From the NCBI RefSeq assembly GCF_006345805.1, contig NC_043011.1:61206464-61270463 (forward strand): a DNA stretch of 64,000 nt. Reading direction: 5' to 3'. The notes under the pieces were generated by a model. It saw only the letters and a list, made by a program, of their open reading frames with translations. It did no database searches and had not been told where the DNA came from. Of this stretch, positions 25,637 to 38,207 are shown in pieces (the stretch's first letter is position 1; the number at the start of each line of letters is the position of its first letter). This DNA is from Octopus sinensis. Lineage: Eukaryota. The position numbers were made by a program, and so were the translations under genes.

Positions 25637-26064
25637 GAATGTATCATAAATAAACGACCCTGCCCCGCTTAAGCCGATCAGCTAACTGATCAACATCAAC
25701 GAAGCACATGGGTGAGTTTACATATATTACATCCTGTAAATGGCATACTTTTACGAATTGCATTTCGGGAAAGGAAAAGTTTTTTCGGAATAAAAATTTA
25801 GCAATTAAGGACAACTACTTAATAAGGAAAACTTAACAAGAAATTGTCAGGTAGATAGCGTGAAAACCTCATAAGAGAATAAATTTCGAAAATAATTATT
25901 TCTTATTGAACATATTAATTTATATATAGAGGGCATCATACATACATGCCAGAGGGCATTATACATACATGCCACACGCTAAGAGGGACAATTAGTCATT
26001 TCTACCAAAAATATTACTAATCCCACCGAATGCAATTTTTCAAAGTAAGACATTTAAAAAATAT

Positions 26065-26112
26065 AGACCTGTATCACAGTGATTTCATACTTACGTATTC
26101 ATCAGCAGGCCT
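26065..26112 (-). ncRNA. Type I hammerhead ribozyme, complete core (copy 2)
   Basis: Same as copy 1 except the central base of stem III (ATCACTGTGAT). Confidence 0.85.
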
Positions 26113-26348
26113 GAATGTATCATAAATAAACGACCCTGCCCCGCTTAAGCCGATCAGCTAACTGATCAACATCAACGAAGCACATGTATAATGCCCTCTG
26201 GCATGTATGTATAATGCCCTCTATATATAAATTAATATGTTCAATAAGAAATAATTATTTTCGAAATTTATTCTCTTATGAGTTTTCACGCTATCTACCT
26301 GACAATTTCTTGTTAAGTTTTCCTTATTAAGTAGTTGTCCTTAATTGC

Positions 26349-26396
<48 letters not shown>

Positions 26397-27546
26397 ACAG
26401 ATAGATCTATCTATCTATCTGCTTGTCTATCTGTATATGTACCTGTTTAACCGTCTGTAAGCACAATATATATATATACAGAGAGAGAGAGAAAGAAATA
26501 TATACAATACACACACACAAACACACACGCGCGCACATATATGTTATACATAGAAACACTGTAAGTTACTGACGCGTTAGCAGCGATCCTTTTTGATGCT
26601 TTTAATGTACTACTTAATATCTCTATGGATTTCAGCAAGTATATTTAACAATTAAGTTCAATTTACACGCGCCACTGTTAGCTGAAATCTATAGATCTAT
26701 TCTATAGTTAATTACAGCTTACATACACTATACATGTATACGTGTATGCGTGTATGTGTGTGTGCGTGCTTATACGTATATATATTGATTTAGGCGTTTA
26801 TTTACAAAAGCATCTTCTACCAAGAGCCACATGAACCTAAACAAAACAACAATAGTGTTCTGAGGTCGATTAAATCGACATCTCTCTTCTTCTAGACTGC
26901 ACGGCCTTATCCCAACCAGACTCAGGATATGTAAATATAAGACAAAAACATTCACTGATCTTTCTATGTAATTGCTTGTTGGAAATGATTACGTTAAAAG
27001 CAGAATCGAATTCAACAGACATACGTTTGAAGTTAATGGCTTTCATTTGATTTTTGTTGAATCTTTTTAATTCTGGAAATAAGTTTTCGTTCGGATTTCG
27101 ATTTCACCAGGATTTCTTTCGGCTTTTTTTTGTGTCTATAAATCTCATTTATTCTTTAGAGCAGAGATATATAGACTTCCAATTTATGGTTCAAATGATT
27201 TGATTTTTCCTGAAGTCTATCTCAAATACTTTTGTGTTGTAATAACATTCTGTATACATTACTTAGCGTGGATACACTGTAGAAAACCATGAAACTGCGG
27301 TATTCGTCTCGGGACAGAACTTCGAGTACCAAAAATCTTAAAAGCATATCAGTTGCTGACAAAACGTATCCAGCAATTTAGATTTCGTTGTTTTTAGTGT
27401 CGTCAGTTGCAACTATCCACCATCAACCACATGTGTAGACAAATTTAGTCTCTGCTGATTTACAAAATTAATTATTAACAAATCACTGGTGCAGCAAACT
27501 GTTGGCGGGCTGTGTAAGAACTTCATTAGTGACAGAAACATTATTA

Positions 27547-28040
27547 TCAGGTTTTCCCATAAGTTCTGTCCGATTTTACCTTTTTTTAAAAATTGAATGA
27601 AATTTAATAGTATTTTAGAATGTCTACTGGAATTAAAAGTTATTTTTATGCATTGGTGTACATTTAAACTAATTAAATATTAGTTTACATAATAATAGAA
27701 TTCAAATTTCTTTGATAAAAACCCTTTCTAACATGAAAGTATCCAAAGAGCATTAGAGGCACATATGAGTACAAAAAAGAAACTCTGGAGCCGAAGCGAA
27801 TCGACACATACACTCAGTTTATGGGAAAGAATGCTTGAATGAAAGAACTTGGAGGAGATGGTTTGCAAAATTCAGAAGTGGAGATTTCAGCCTTGAAGAT
27901 GAAGATCGAACATGATGGCCAGTTGGGCTTGATGATAAGCTCCTTAAGGCATTACTTGAAGAAAATCCTGCATTATCAGTTGAAAAATTGGCAATAAAGC
28001 TTAGTTCAAACAATACAACTGTTCATCGTCTCAAAAACTA
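27547..28040 (+). mobile_element. Mariner element, 5' part with transposase N-terminus pseudogene
   Basis: TA|tcaggttttcccataagttctgtccga TIR-like start. From 27733 it reads MKVSKEH*RH..YEYKKRNSGAEA...RTWRRWFAKFRSGDFSLEDEDRT*WP...LLEENP. Confidence 0.85.
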
Positions 28041-28151
28041 AGACTGCAGCGCAGACTACTTAAATACTAGAATATACATAAACAAGCGTCTTTTCTAACA
28101 CAACACATTGATACCATCATGCAAATAAAGATATGCATGTGTCTATCTATA

Positions 28152-28204
<53 letters not shown>

Positions 28205-28512
28205 GTCTGTCTGTCTGTCAAGCAGCATGTAATTTGGATATATGTATACGTCTATGTGTGTTTATGTATGCATCCATATATGGATGACTTCATCCGCATG
28301 TATACAACTGTATATGTACAACTGGATTTTCTCAGTAAGATGAACTGCGAGACTACCAAGTATACATATTCACGTAAATGATATATCTGATCTGTTTGAA
28401 CTAATCTTTGTCTCAGATTTATCAAGTTTCACATCCGTCACGTAGACATTTTTCACATTTTTCACAGCTTTAAGATATCTTTAATTCAGTTAAAGCTTGT
28501 CACGTACTTCGT

Positions 28513-28890
28513 GGCGGCGAGCTGGCAGAAACGTTAGCACGTCGGGCGAAACGCTTAGCGGTATTTCGTCTGCCGTTACGTTGTGAGTTCAAATTCCGCC
28601 GAGGTCGACTTTACCTTTCATCCTTTCGGGGTCGATAAATTAAGTACCAGTTACGCACTGGGGTCGATGTAATCGACTTAATACCTATGTCTGTCCTTGT
28701 TTGTCCCCTCTGTGTTTAGCCCCTTGTGGGTAATAAAGAAATAGGTATTTGCGCTCTGCGTTCAAATTCTGCTGAGATCAACTTTGCCTTTCATCCCTCC
28801 GGGTCGATAAATTAAGTACCAGTTGCATACTGGGGTTGATCTAATCGACTGGCTTCCTCACCAAAACTTTCGACCCTTGTGCCCAAAGTA
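28513..28890 (+). mobile_element. SINE family A compound (tail-1 monomer plus older tail-2 partial)
   Basis: ggcggcgagctggcagaaacgttagcacg...aataaagaaataggtattt, then the core repeats and ends in a different tail. Confidence 0.9.
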
Positions 28891-30047
28891 GAAAAGAATG
28901 TTTGTCATGTGTTTCGACGAATTAAAGGTGTGCTTTATTGAATACATGCGTATCTGCCCTGTCAAATGCTCTTGGAAGATAAAAGATCCTAATAAATTTG
29001 ATATATAAATGTATAGGTATAAAATTAAATCGAGGTAGAAATGGCTCTGAAAAGAAAAGATTTCTGAGAACACTAATGCTGATATATTCATCTTCGCCAA
29101 ACTAATAACTCGTCAAAGTTTTCTTAAATTCTCTAACGTTCAATAAACTCCGAATTAATACTTACGTCTGTTTCTGCCTGAATGGTACTTCAAACTCTTT
29201 ATAGAAATGATACCAGTAATGTTTCAGCTATGTCTTTATATTTAGTGAATGAGGGAAACGGAAATTGGATTTAGCAAGAATCTATATATAGAAAAATGCT
29301 TGTTAAATCCATTTTCCGTTGCTCTCATTCATTAAACACAACGAACGCTATGAAATTCCTGTGACAATAATATCGTAGCTGTGGATGACATCAAGTAGCC
29401 TACACGGTGAAAGTGCTTTAATCAGCATACTATTTGACATAAACCGAAAGTCCAAATCATTACAACAAAGGAAGCTGTGGCCCCTCCCAGTGAAAGTGAA
29501 GAATATGTGGTATTCTATCTTAAGGGAGGCGTTGTCTTGAAGCTCAGGGCCTGATGGACACGACCTTTATTGATAGTCAGCATTGGCCTCCGCAGGTGGC
29601 TGTGCTGGGGGGGTGACAGAAGATTTCTTTTGAATAATGGGGTCCTATTCGAAGGAAAATTACAATTATCTCTTTTGGGGCCCCGACGTGCTGCTGAGGG
29701 ATTGCTTGTTGGCGGCAAGAGAATTGATAGGGGACGGTTGAAGAGACTTAGTGTCGCAATCTGTGTAAGAGGTTCATTACCTTATTATTGTGTGTTTTTT
29801 GTAACAAGACAAAAGAAAATTTGTTATGGAATAAGTATAAAAACTAAAGTAAGAAGTTTAATACTTCATTTTGTTTTTTATGTATTAAAAGGCAAAAAGA
29901 ATAATGTATTAGAGAAGCAAAAATATCGGCGGGCGTTTTTGGTTTTCTCCCATCGATATCATCATTTTTCATCATTCATCTCATTAATGTTTTTGTCCAG
30001 CCTGCAAGCTACTCTGTGTCATGCCTTTATGGCAAAATTTTGAAATA

Positions 30048-30308
30048 AAGTAGCTTGCTTACCAGCCACGCATGGCTCTGGGTTCAATCCCACTGCGTGG
30101 CACTTCGAGCAACTGCCTTCTACTATAGCCTCCGGCAGATCAAAGACTTGCGAGTAGATTTGGTAGACGGAAACTGAAAGAAGCCACTTGAATATACATA
30201 TGTATAAGTGTGTGTTTGTTTGTCTGTTTGTCGCCTCCACCAATAGCGCTTGACAACCGATGCTGGTATGTTTATGTCCTCGTAAATTAGTGGATCGGCA
30301 AAAGAAAC
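30048..30308 (+). mobile_element. SINE family B, 3'-incomplete
   Basis: gtagcttgcttacc...gggttcaatcccactgcgtggcac...ttggtagacggaaactgaaagaagcc. Confidence 0.8.
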
Positions 30309-30663
30309 TTATAGATTATGTATCAGGCTTGCAAAGTTTTCAAATTCTAGACAGGCCGATGCTTTGTATTTTTGAGCAAAGCACTTAATCTCACGGTTGT
30401 TTGCGATCACCTTGACCCCTGCCGCGTGGCACACTGTGCCCATTTCAAGAGAACGGCGATTTGATAGCGGGTGTAAGCTAAAGTGCGGCACGAACAATTG
30501 GTCACTATAAACAAATCATTTTTGCTGATTGTTCGGCAAAAGCTTGAACGCTGAAGTGTTGTCTTCGACTGGAGACTCCATCACACACACACACACACGT
30601 ACATACACACACACACACACACGCACACACACACACATACGCACACACACACATATATACAAC

Positions 30664-30696
<33 letters not shown>

Positions 30697-31543
30697 GGGA
30701 AGAGGAGAGAGAGAAAGTGTGAGGAAAATCGCACGGCCTAATGCTTAGTGAGATGCACTCACAATCGCAGAACCACGGTTTCAATTCACCTCTACGTGGC
30801 TGCTCTTCACAAACACTACACAATCCTTCATATACATGGAATTTTATGGAAGCACACTTCTAATTTTAGCCATTTTCGTTCGTAAAAATATATATTTCAT
30901 TTGCTACAAGAAACTATTTTCCCATCTACCACAGACCAAAGTACTAAAAGACTTTGATGTTTAAAGCTTAGCAATGTAATTTCAAAAACAATTTACACCG
31001 GCATTTAGTGTGTATAAACAGCTCAAATACGAGGTAACGTGGTCCATCTACACCTGGAGCTGCAGAGAGAAACACTTTATATTTAAACTAGAAATCTTCT
31101 CCCCTGCAGCTGTTAATAAATTCCTTCAATTTTCCCAGTCGTCTTCACTGTGTTCTACATATTTGCTATTTAGCGGCTCCCATTATATTTCTTTCTATCC
31201 TCCTGACTGCAATTCTTTTCCCGCTCGCTTTTACCTTTACTCTCCCTGACACTCATTCTCAATTTTATAGTATTCTTATTAATATTCTGGTAGTTGCCTT
31301 ATTTTCTTTTGTTCTCTGCCGCCTTCTGTCGATTTTCTATCAACATCTCGCCATCGTTTTTGATATTTACCACTGTACTAACCTTCTTTACCTGACCACT
31401 GACATGCGCGTATTTCGTCTTTTCTTCCCCTTCATTATTTTTTCTTACCCTCTCCCCTCTCAGCTTTTACTACCTTCTTTCGTCGCGCCCCTACCTACAC
31501 CTCCGCTTCTCGTTGCCATCAGTCTTTCTATTGACAAGTATAA

Positions 31544-31990
31544 GGCGGCGAGCTGGTAAAATCTTTAGCACGCCGGGCGAAATGCGTAGGCGTATTCCGT
31601 CTGACGTTACGTTCTGGGTTCAAATTCCGCCGAGGTTGTCTTTGCCTTTCATCCTCTCGGAGTCGGTAAATTAAGTACCAGTTACGCACTGAGGTCGATG
31701 TAATCGACTTAATCCCTTTGTCTGTCTTTGTTTGTCCCCTCTATGTTTAGCCCCTTGTGGGCAATAAAGAAATAAGAATCTTTAGCACGCCGGGCGAAAT
31801 GCGTAGGCGTATTCTGTCTGCCGTTACGTTCTGGGTTCAAATTCCGCCGAGGTCGTCTTTACCTTTCATCCTCTCGGATTCGATAAATTAAGTACCAGTT
31901 ACGCACTGGGGTCGATGTAATCGACTAATCCGTTTGTCTGTCCTTGTTTGTCCCCTCTGTGTTTAGCCCCTTGTGGGTAGCAAAGAAATA
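31544..31990 (+). mobile_element. SINE family A tandem dimer with 13-bp TSD
   Basis: Two near-identical units sharing private changes. TSD tattgacaagtat at 31529-31541 and 31993-32005. Confidence 0.9.
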
Positions 31991-32601
31991 TATATTGACA
32001 AGTATCAGAAGGCGTCACTTTTCGACGAAGTGTTCCTCGGCGGTAAACCAATACATTTAACATATGAACTATTTCATATGACCTCTGACCTTCGTTCCAA
32101 TCACGGTGTCTACTAAATATAACCAAAAAGCAAGAACTATTTCTTCAGAACGTTAAATATTCTCTGTTTTCTTTAAGCTGTATCGATTGATAGGAAGCTT
32201 CCAGTAAAATCAATACAATTCTTCAGATATTTTTAACAGCTGTGCTGGATCTATACGAAAGAAAGTGGTAGTTTTATAAACAACACCTAAAAGACTGTTG
32301 TTTGTATTTGCTACTCTTTAGAAAAACAAAATTTAAAAATAATAAAAAAACACTAAACATCTTTAAACAGCTTATAAGTTTTTTAAAGAGATTATTCAAT
32401 ACTCTCAATGTTTTTTTTTCTTTTTTCATATAAACAGATTTGAAACAAGTAGAAATCGTTTAGACAAAGCTAAACAGCATCTGAGGAAGGAAAGTGGAAT
32501 ATATGAGTTTTCAATGTAATGTTTCATGTTGAAATATTTGGAGTGCTTTAACAGCAAATTCGACAATAATCTATTCCTATTCAGAACCTCTGTATATATA
32601 A

Positions 32602-32682
<81 letters not shown>

Positions 32683-32751
32683 AGCATGTATATATGTAGG
32701 TGTACATACAAATACATGTATATTATACGCACATATGTATTAAATATATAA

Positions 32752-32791
<40 letters not shown>

Positions 32792-33313
32792 ATACAAATA
32801 TGTAGGTGTGTTTGTGGGTGTAGGTATGTTGTGTGCGCATTTATAAAGCAAATATTAGCGAACTAATTTATTTCCTGGAACGTAATAAGTGCACACATAC
32901 TTAACTATGAGTGCGTGAATGTGCGAGTGTGTGTGTATACATATATTACATACACACATGTACAAACACACATGTGCACATACACATGCACACACATACA
33001 CGAACACATTAGACGAATACTGCACAATTTTGTTAACGCTCCACCAATTACCACTCACCTGTATATTTATAAAACATAAAACAATGACAGGTGTAGCTTT
33101 CGAATAGAGTTACCTTGACATCAGATTAAAAACTCGAAGACAAAGAAGCTACTGAGAAACTGTGCCAGAAAATATTTGTAAGAAGAGTAAATTTTATTTC
33201 AGAAGCGGAGCGTAGGAGCCTTGAAGTTTAACACGCCGCGCTTTCAGAGAATATTCTCCACCACATTATTAGCAGGTAGCGGCAAATACACCAGGTATAT
33301 AGTTTAAGTAGAT

Positions 33314-33628
33314 GTGAAGGCGTGTGGATTAGTGCTTAGAGCATTCGGCTCACGATTGTAAGGTCGTGAGTTCAATTCCCGGTGACGCGTTGTGTCCTTG
33401 AGCAAGACATTTTACGTTGCTCCAGTCCACTCAGCTGGCAAAAGTACCGGTGTTTTCAAAGGGTCGGCCTTGTCACACTCTATGTGAGGCTGAATTTCTC
33501 TGAGAACTACGTTAAGGATACACGTGTCTGAGGATTGCTCAGTCACTTGCACGTTAATTTCACGAGCAGGCTATTCCGTTGATCGTATCAGCTGGGACCC
33601 TCGTCGTCGTAACCGACGGAGTGCTCCT
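33314..33628 (+). mobile_element. tRNA-derived SINE family E
   Basis: Head gaaggcgtgtggattagtgcttagagc, B-box gagttcaattccc, core ccttgagcaagacatttt, tail gggaccctcgtcgtcgtaaccgacgg. Confidence 0.8.
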
Positions 33629-34407
33629 TTTCTTAGATGTGGCTGATAATATTTATTGCATTAGTGCTGCTTCTTCTTTATATTTGAATTTATTCTTACG
33701 CGTGCATCGCATCGTCCGAGCACACCCGTGAACGGTTTTGCACGCCATGAGCACATAAGACGCGAGCTGGATGTAATGATTCACCTCCGATCCTTGTCAG
33801 GTACGGGATGTTGATAAATAGATGTCCATCACTCTTAAATTGAATTGAAGTTGGGTTATCGCTCCTGTCCATGACTCTAAGTTGTTTTAAATCCCGGTGC
33901 TTTCAGAAAGTATTCACAATCATGCTGGGTAACACAATCATGCTGGGTAACCACGACTACTAGATCAGGAGATGCGTTGTGTTCTTGACCAATAAACATC
34001 ATTCCATGTTGCGCCAGACTCCCTTTCAAAAATTGAAGAATGTTGGCCTGCTCGACTAGCCATTGTGTAGCAGCGTCTGAAATTAAATTGAAACAAAGTG
34101 TATTGTGAACTGCAGTCTATAATATCCGATAGTCTGAAGAGTTATACAAACACGTTATATATATATATATATAAATTAGATTAGAGATAAAACCACTCTT
34201 AGGCAAATCAAACAGAGAAAAACATAAACCAAATCATAAAAATAAAAATAATTGATATAATATACAAAATATTTAAAATTTAAATGTGGTTAATAATATT
34301 TATTGCACTAGTGATGCTTCTTTATATTTAATTTAATTTATATTTATACTGTAAAATCAGATTTAATCCTAAATCTAACTTTTCCCTGTAAGTTTGGATA
34401 TACTCCC

Positions 34408-34441
<34 letters not shown>

Positions 34442-34448
<7 letters not shown>

Positions 34449-34725
34449 ATCACGTGACCGACCAGGCTATCATATGTTGTTACACATCGCTGGTCACAAT
34501 GCGTTCGCATTCTTTTAGCCTTCGAATGACGCCACCCCGCTGGCTAAGCGAGCAGGCCAACAGAAGAGTGTGTGTGAGAAAGTTGTGGTGAAAGAGTACA
34601 CCAGGGATCACCACCACCCCTGCCGGAGTCTCGTGGAGCTTTTTAGGTGTTTTCGCTAAATAAACACTCAAAACGATCCTACGATCGCGAGTCCGCTGCG
34701 CTAACCAGTGGGCCATTGCGCCTCC
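34442..34725 (-). mobile_element. SINE with family-D head/core and a different tail
   Basis: Shares ggaggcgcaatggccc...ccggcagggg..ctctttcaccacaactttctc with 10325-10621, but the 3' part differs. Confidence 0.75.
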
Positions 34726-34742
34726 ATATATATATATATGTA

Positions 34743-35127
34743 TACTCTTTACTCTTTTACTTGTTTCAGTCATTTGACTGCGGCCATGCTGGAGCACCGC
34801 CTTAGTCGAGCAAATCGACCCCGGACTTATTCTTGTGTAGCCCGGTACTTATTCTATCGGTTCTCTTTTGCCGAACCGCTAAGTGGCGGGGACGTAAGTA
34901 AACACACCAGCATCGGTTGTCAAGCATTGCTAGGGGGACAAAACAAGACACGCAAACACACACCACACATATAATATATATATATATATACATATATACG
35001 ACTCACAAGGCATGGTCAACCCGGGGCTATAGCAGAAGACACTTGCCCAAGATGCCACGCAGTGGGACTGAACTCGGAACCATGTTGTTGGTTAGCAAGC
35101 TACTTACCACACAGCCACTCCTGCGCC
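34743..35127 (-). mobile_element. SINE family B, full length, least diverged copy
   Basis: ggcgcaggagtggctgtgtggtaagtagcttgct...gagttcagtcccactgcgtggcatcttgggcaagtgtctt...ggcggtgctccagcatggccgcagtcaaatgactgaaacaagtaaaagag. Confidence 0.92.
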
Positions 35128-35238
35128 TATATATATATATAATATAATATATATATATATATATATAATATATATATATATTATATATATATATATATTA
35201 TTAATATATATTATATATATATATATATATTATATATA

Positions 35239-35288
<50 letters not shown>

Positions 35289-35290
35289 TA

Positions 35291-36571
35291 CGTTTAAATA
35301 TTTGTTGTGCAAGATTTTTATGTGAAGTCGTGTGTTGAAACAGATATTGTTATATTTCGGAATGGTCATATTGCCAGTTTAGCCAATAAAAACACACGCA
35401 CTATATATTTGGTGTTATTTTGCTTCAGTGATATTTATTTTTTACATTAATCTTAATCTTATTTCGGCCAAAGTTCTTTCGTCACACTCCTGTGACCGCA
35501 TCAGTGGTCCTTTGTTTTCTTCTCACTTACTTGTGTCTCTCCTTACTAACCGTCAGCCATTTTGTATTTCTATTGTATGTCTTCATTTGCGCATGCTTAT
35601 ATCTCTATGTGCGTCTATGTTTATTTAGTGTGTGTGTGGGTGATGCCTGTAATATTTGTATCTACTGGTTATATACATTCTTGTAATTTGTATTTTGTTT
35701 TTGTTGTTGTTGCTTTTGTTCTAATTTTGTTCATGTGTTTACATCCACCCATTATTATCATTACATATGCTTGTATGTATGTATAACAACAATATTAGTA
35801 ATAATAATAATAAATCTAATCGAAAAAAAAAAAAAAGAATATACATATACATATATATATATACATACATATACATATACATATATATATATATACATAT
35901 ATACACACATATATACACATATACATATACATATATATACACATATACATATATATAGATATTCATTTCTATTTCTTTAATTACCTGTGTATTTATTATG
36001 TTTGCAGGATCCACTATTGTCATATGTTGTGGTGTGCGCTATTGCTCCATTCTAGTTTTCTATTCAGGCTAGGTTTATTTTCTATTATATGTGTAGCTTC
36101 TGTAATTTGTCTAATTGTTGCATCTGTTCTATGTGTGGACAATATCTTAATCTCTATGTTATTGTTGATCCCCCGTGTTCTTGTTCGGCGTGTTGGTACA
36201 GAATCGATGAGCTTTTACCTTCCTTGAGTTGTCTCCAATGTTCATTCACCGCTCACCAATGCTTCTTGCAGTTTCCTCTACGTATGTTACTGTCTTGTTA
36301 CTGCATCGTCCCTCTATACATCTTATACTATAGACCACATTTCTGGCTTTACAGTTCGTTTGTGGGCTAAATCTACATACAGTGCAATAGTTATCCGTAC
36401 AGAGAGTTCTACTAAAAGGATAGCTTCTACCAATTATAGATCTTTGGCCGAAATAAGATTAAGATTAATGTAAAAAATAAATATCACTGAAGCAAAATAA
36501 CACCAAATATATAGTGCGTGTGTTTTTATTGGCTAAACTGGCAATATGACCATTCCGAAATATAACAATAT
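35291..36571 (-). mobile_element. 5'-truncated PLE: inverted 130-bp 5' segment, GIY-YIG endonuclease pseudogene, pseudo-LTR with HHR
   Basis: Minus translation gives NCKARNVVYSIRCIEGRC...TYVEETARSIGER..EHW...RQITEATHIIENKPSLNRKLEW (about 36370-36045). 35344-35473 is the reverse complement of 36442-36571. Confidence 0.85.
35466..35510 (-). ncRNA. Decayed type I hammerhead ribozyme
   Basis: GGACCA-CTGATGC-G-GTCAC-AGGAGT-GTGAC-GAAA-GAACT-T-TGGCC. A9C in the core, and stem III is one change from the palindrome AGTACT. Confidence 0.6.
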
Positions 36572-36579
36572 ATATATAT

Positions 36580-36627
<48 letters not shown>

Positions 36628-36740
36628 AATATATATACACACGATTATATGTAGAAATTGTTTCAAGTGGAGTATATATATTGTATATACTAACAAAAAG
36701 TAAAGTCAGAGTTTTGGATAATTATTCATTTAGCGTTTAC

Positions 36741-36912
36741 ATCTTTTATGAGAGCGGTTCCAAGCAGTGCTGTTTTCTGCAAGTGCTGCTCCCCAATAAT
36801 TGCGACCCCTATTTGTTCTACGTACTTCTCAAGATTTTTGTTCACTGTTCCCAGGGCTCCGACAATTATTGGTACTACTATGCTTAACTTCCCAAGCTGT
36901 CATATCTCTCTA
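36741..36912 (-). mobile_element. R4/Dong-clade LINE C-terminal coding fragment beside (TAA)n
   Basis: Minus translation gives VVPIIVGALGTVNKNLEKYVEQIGVAIIGEQHLQKTALLGTALI. A related 3' UTR end lies at about 36985-37030. Confidence 0.75.
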
Positions 36913-36913
36913 C

Positions 36914-36992
<79 letters not shown>

Positions 36993-37591
36993 TAATGTAA
37001 TTTTTATAACGTGCTTTCACTACGTATATATACGCACATACCCGCATGCACGTGGTTTGCTCTTTGCTTATTTTTATACTCCCCTACACCTTTTTCTGTA
37101 TTGTTACCCTTAGCCCTGTTTTTCTTTTGCTTGTGCGTATTTATACGTTTGTATGAACTTTTTTCGTGCGCGTGTGTGTGCGTGGGATTGTATGTATATA
37201 TATATATATATTTATAATAGGATTAGCTCGTATACGAGTAGGTATATATTTGTAAAAAATGAAGTTCGAAAATGCTGCTGTATTATACAATTTTTAATTT
37301 TTATATATACATTATAACATGTTTCAGTTCCTGAAATGAACCTTATCAAAAAAGTTATATATAAAAAGAGACAGCTCATGCCGTCAAACACAAGAAATTC
37401 ATTTATAATACACAACGGAGTCAGACATCTTAGAGTTCATGTATAGTTGATATATAGTTCATGTATAGTTGATATATAGTTTGAAGTATATGTTCAAGTG
37501 TTCGATGCAGTGGCCCACGGTGGCGATACGTATTCAATACAAAAAACAGATCAAAGTGGTGGAAAGCGGTCAATACAGAAGATTGATGTAT

Positions 37592-37636
<45 letters not shown>

Positions 37637-38129
37637 TATATATATATGGCGAATGGTGCGGGTGAGAATGTGTAGGTTTCAAGTGAGGGTAGATGAGTGT
37701 ATACTTTTAGGCGCACGTATGTGGGTGTGCGAGCGCGCATGTATAAGTAAAGATATGTGCGCTTACGCGATTACTATGAGCATTTTTATACCGTTACTTT
37801 TACTCCCTCTCCTCACTTAGCGGTCATTCAAATATCACTTTTGTCTTAATAACGGACAATCACACCGTAATTTCCCTTTGTAAAACGGTCATTTTCATAG
37901 CATTTTTCTGAAGTGATCGCGGCGTGAATTTCCACCTTGGCATCCGAAACTCGGAGTTTTATCATGGCTACCGAATAATTGTCACATGTTTATTTTATAG
38001 ATAAATTCCTCTATTTACATAATATCGAGGTCTCTTTCCTTCTTTTGTTGTCTTACCATTTTTATCAATAATATATGTATGTATATATATAAATAGATAG
38101 ATAGATAAATAGATAGATAGATAGATAGG

Positions 38130-38172
<43 letters not shown>

Positions 38173-38173
38173 G

Positions 38174-38207
<34 letters not shown>

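Larger units (their letters stand above)
25442..26353 (-). mobile_element. Non-coding PLE/retrozyme-like element: two 269-bp direct repeats with HHRs plus a 170-bp inverted 5' segment
   Basis: 25442-25710 matches 25918-26186 (2 differences seen). 26184-26353 is the reverse complement of 25796-25966. (TA)n lies on both sides. Confidence 0.8.

Noticed and set aside
25442-26186. CRISPR-like or LTR-retrotransposon reading of the direct repeats
   Set aside because: There are only two long repeats, no spacers, no TG...CA ends, and no PBS, PPT or fixed TSD. The context is eukaryotic.
29515-29760. GC-richer ORF containing LTINKG, reminiscent of Helitron helicase MTINKSQG
   Set aside because: The surrounding helicase motif residues are absent, so the match is too short to support a call.
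32010-32045. CCGAGGA...GAAA on the minus strand
   Set aside because: Stems II and III do not pair convincingly.
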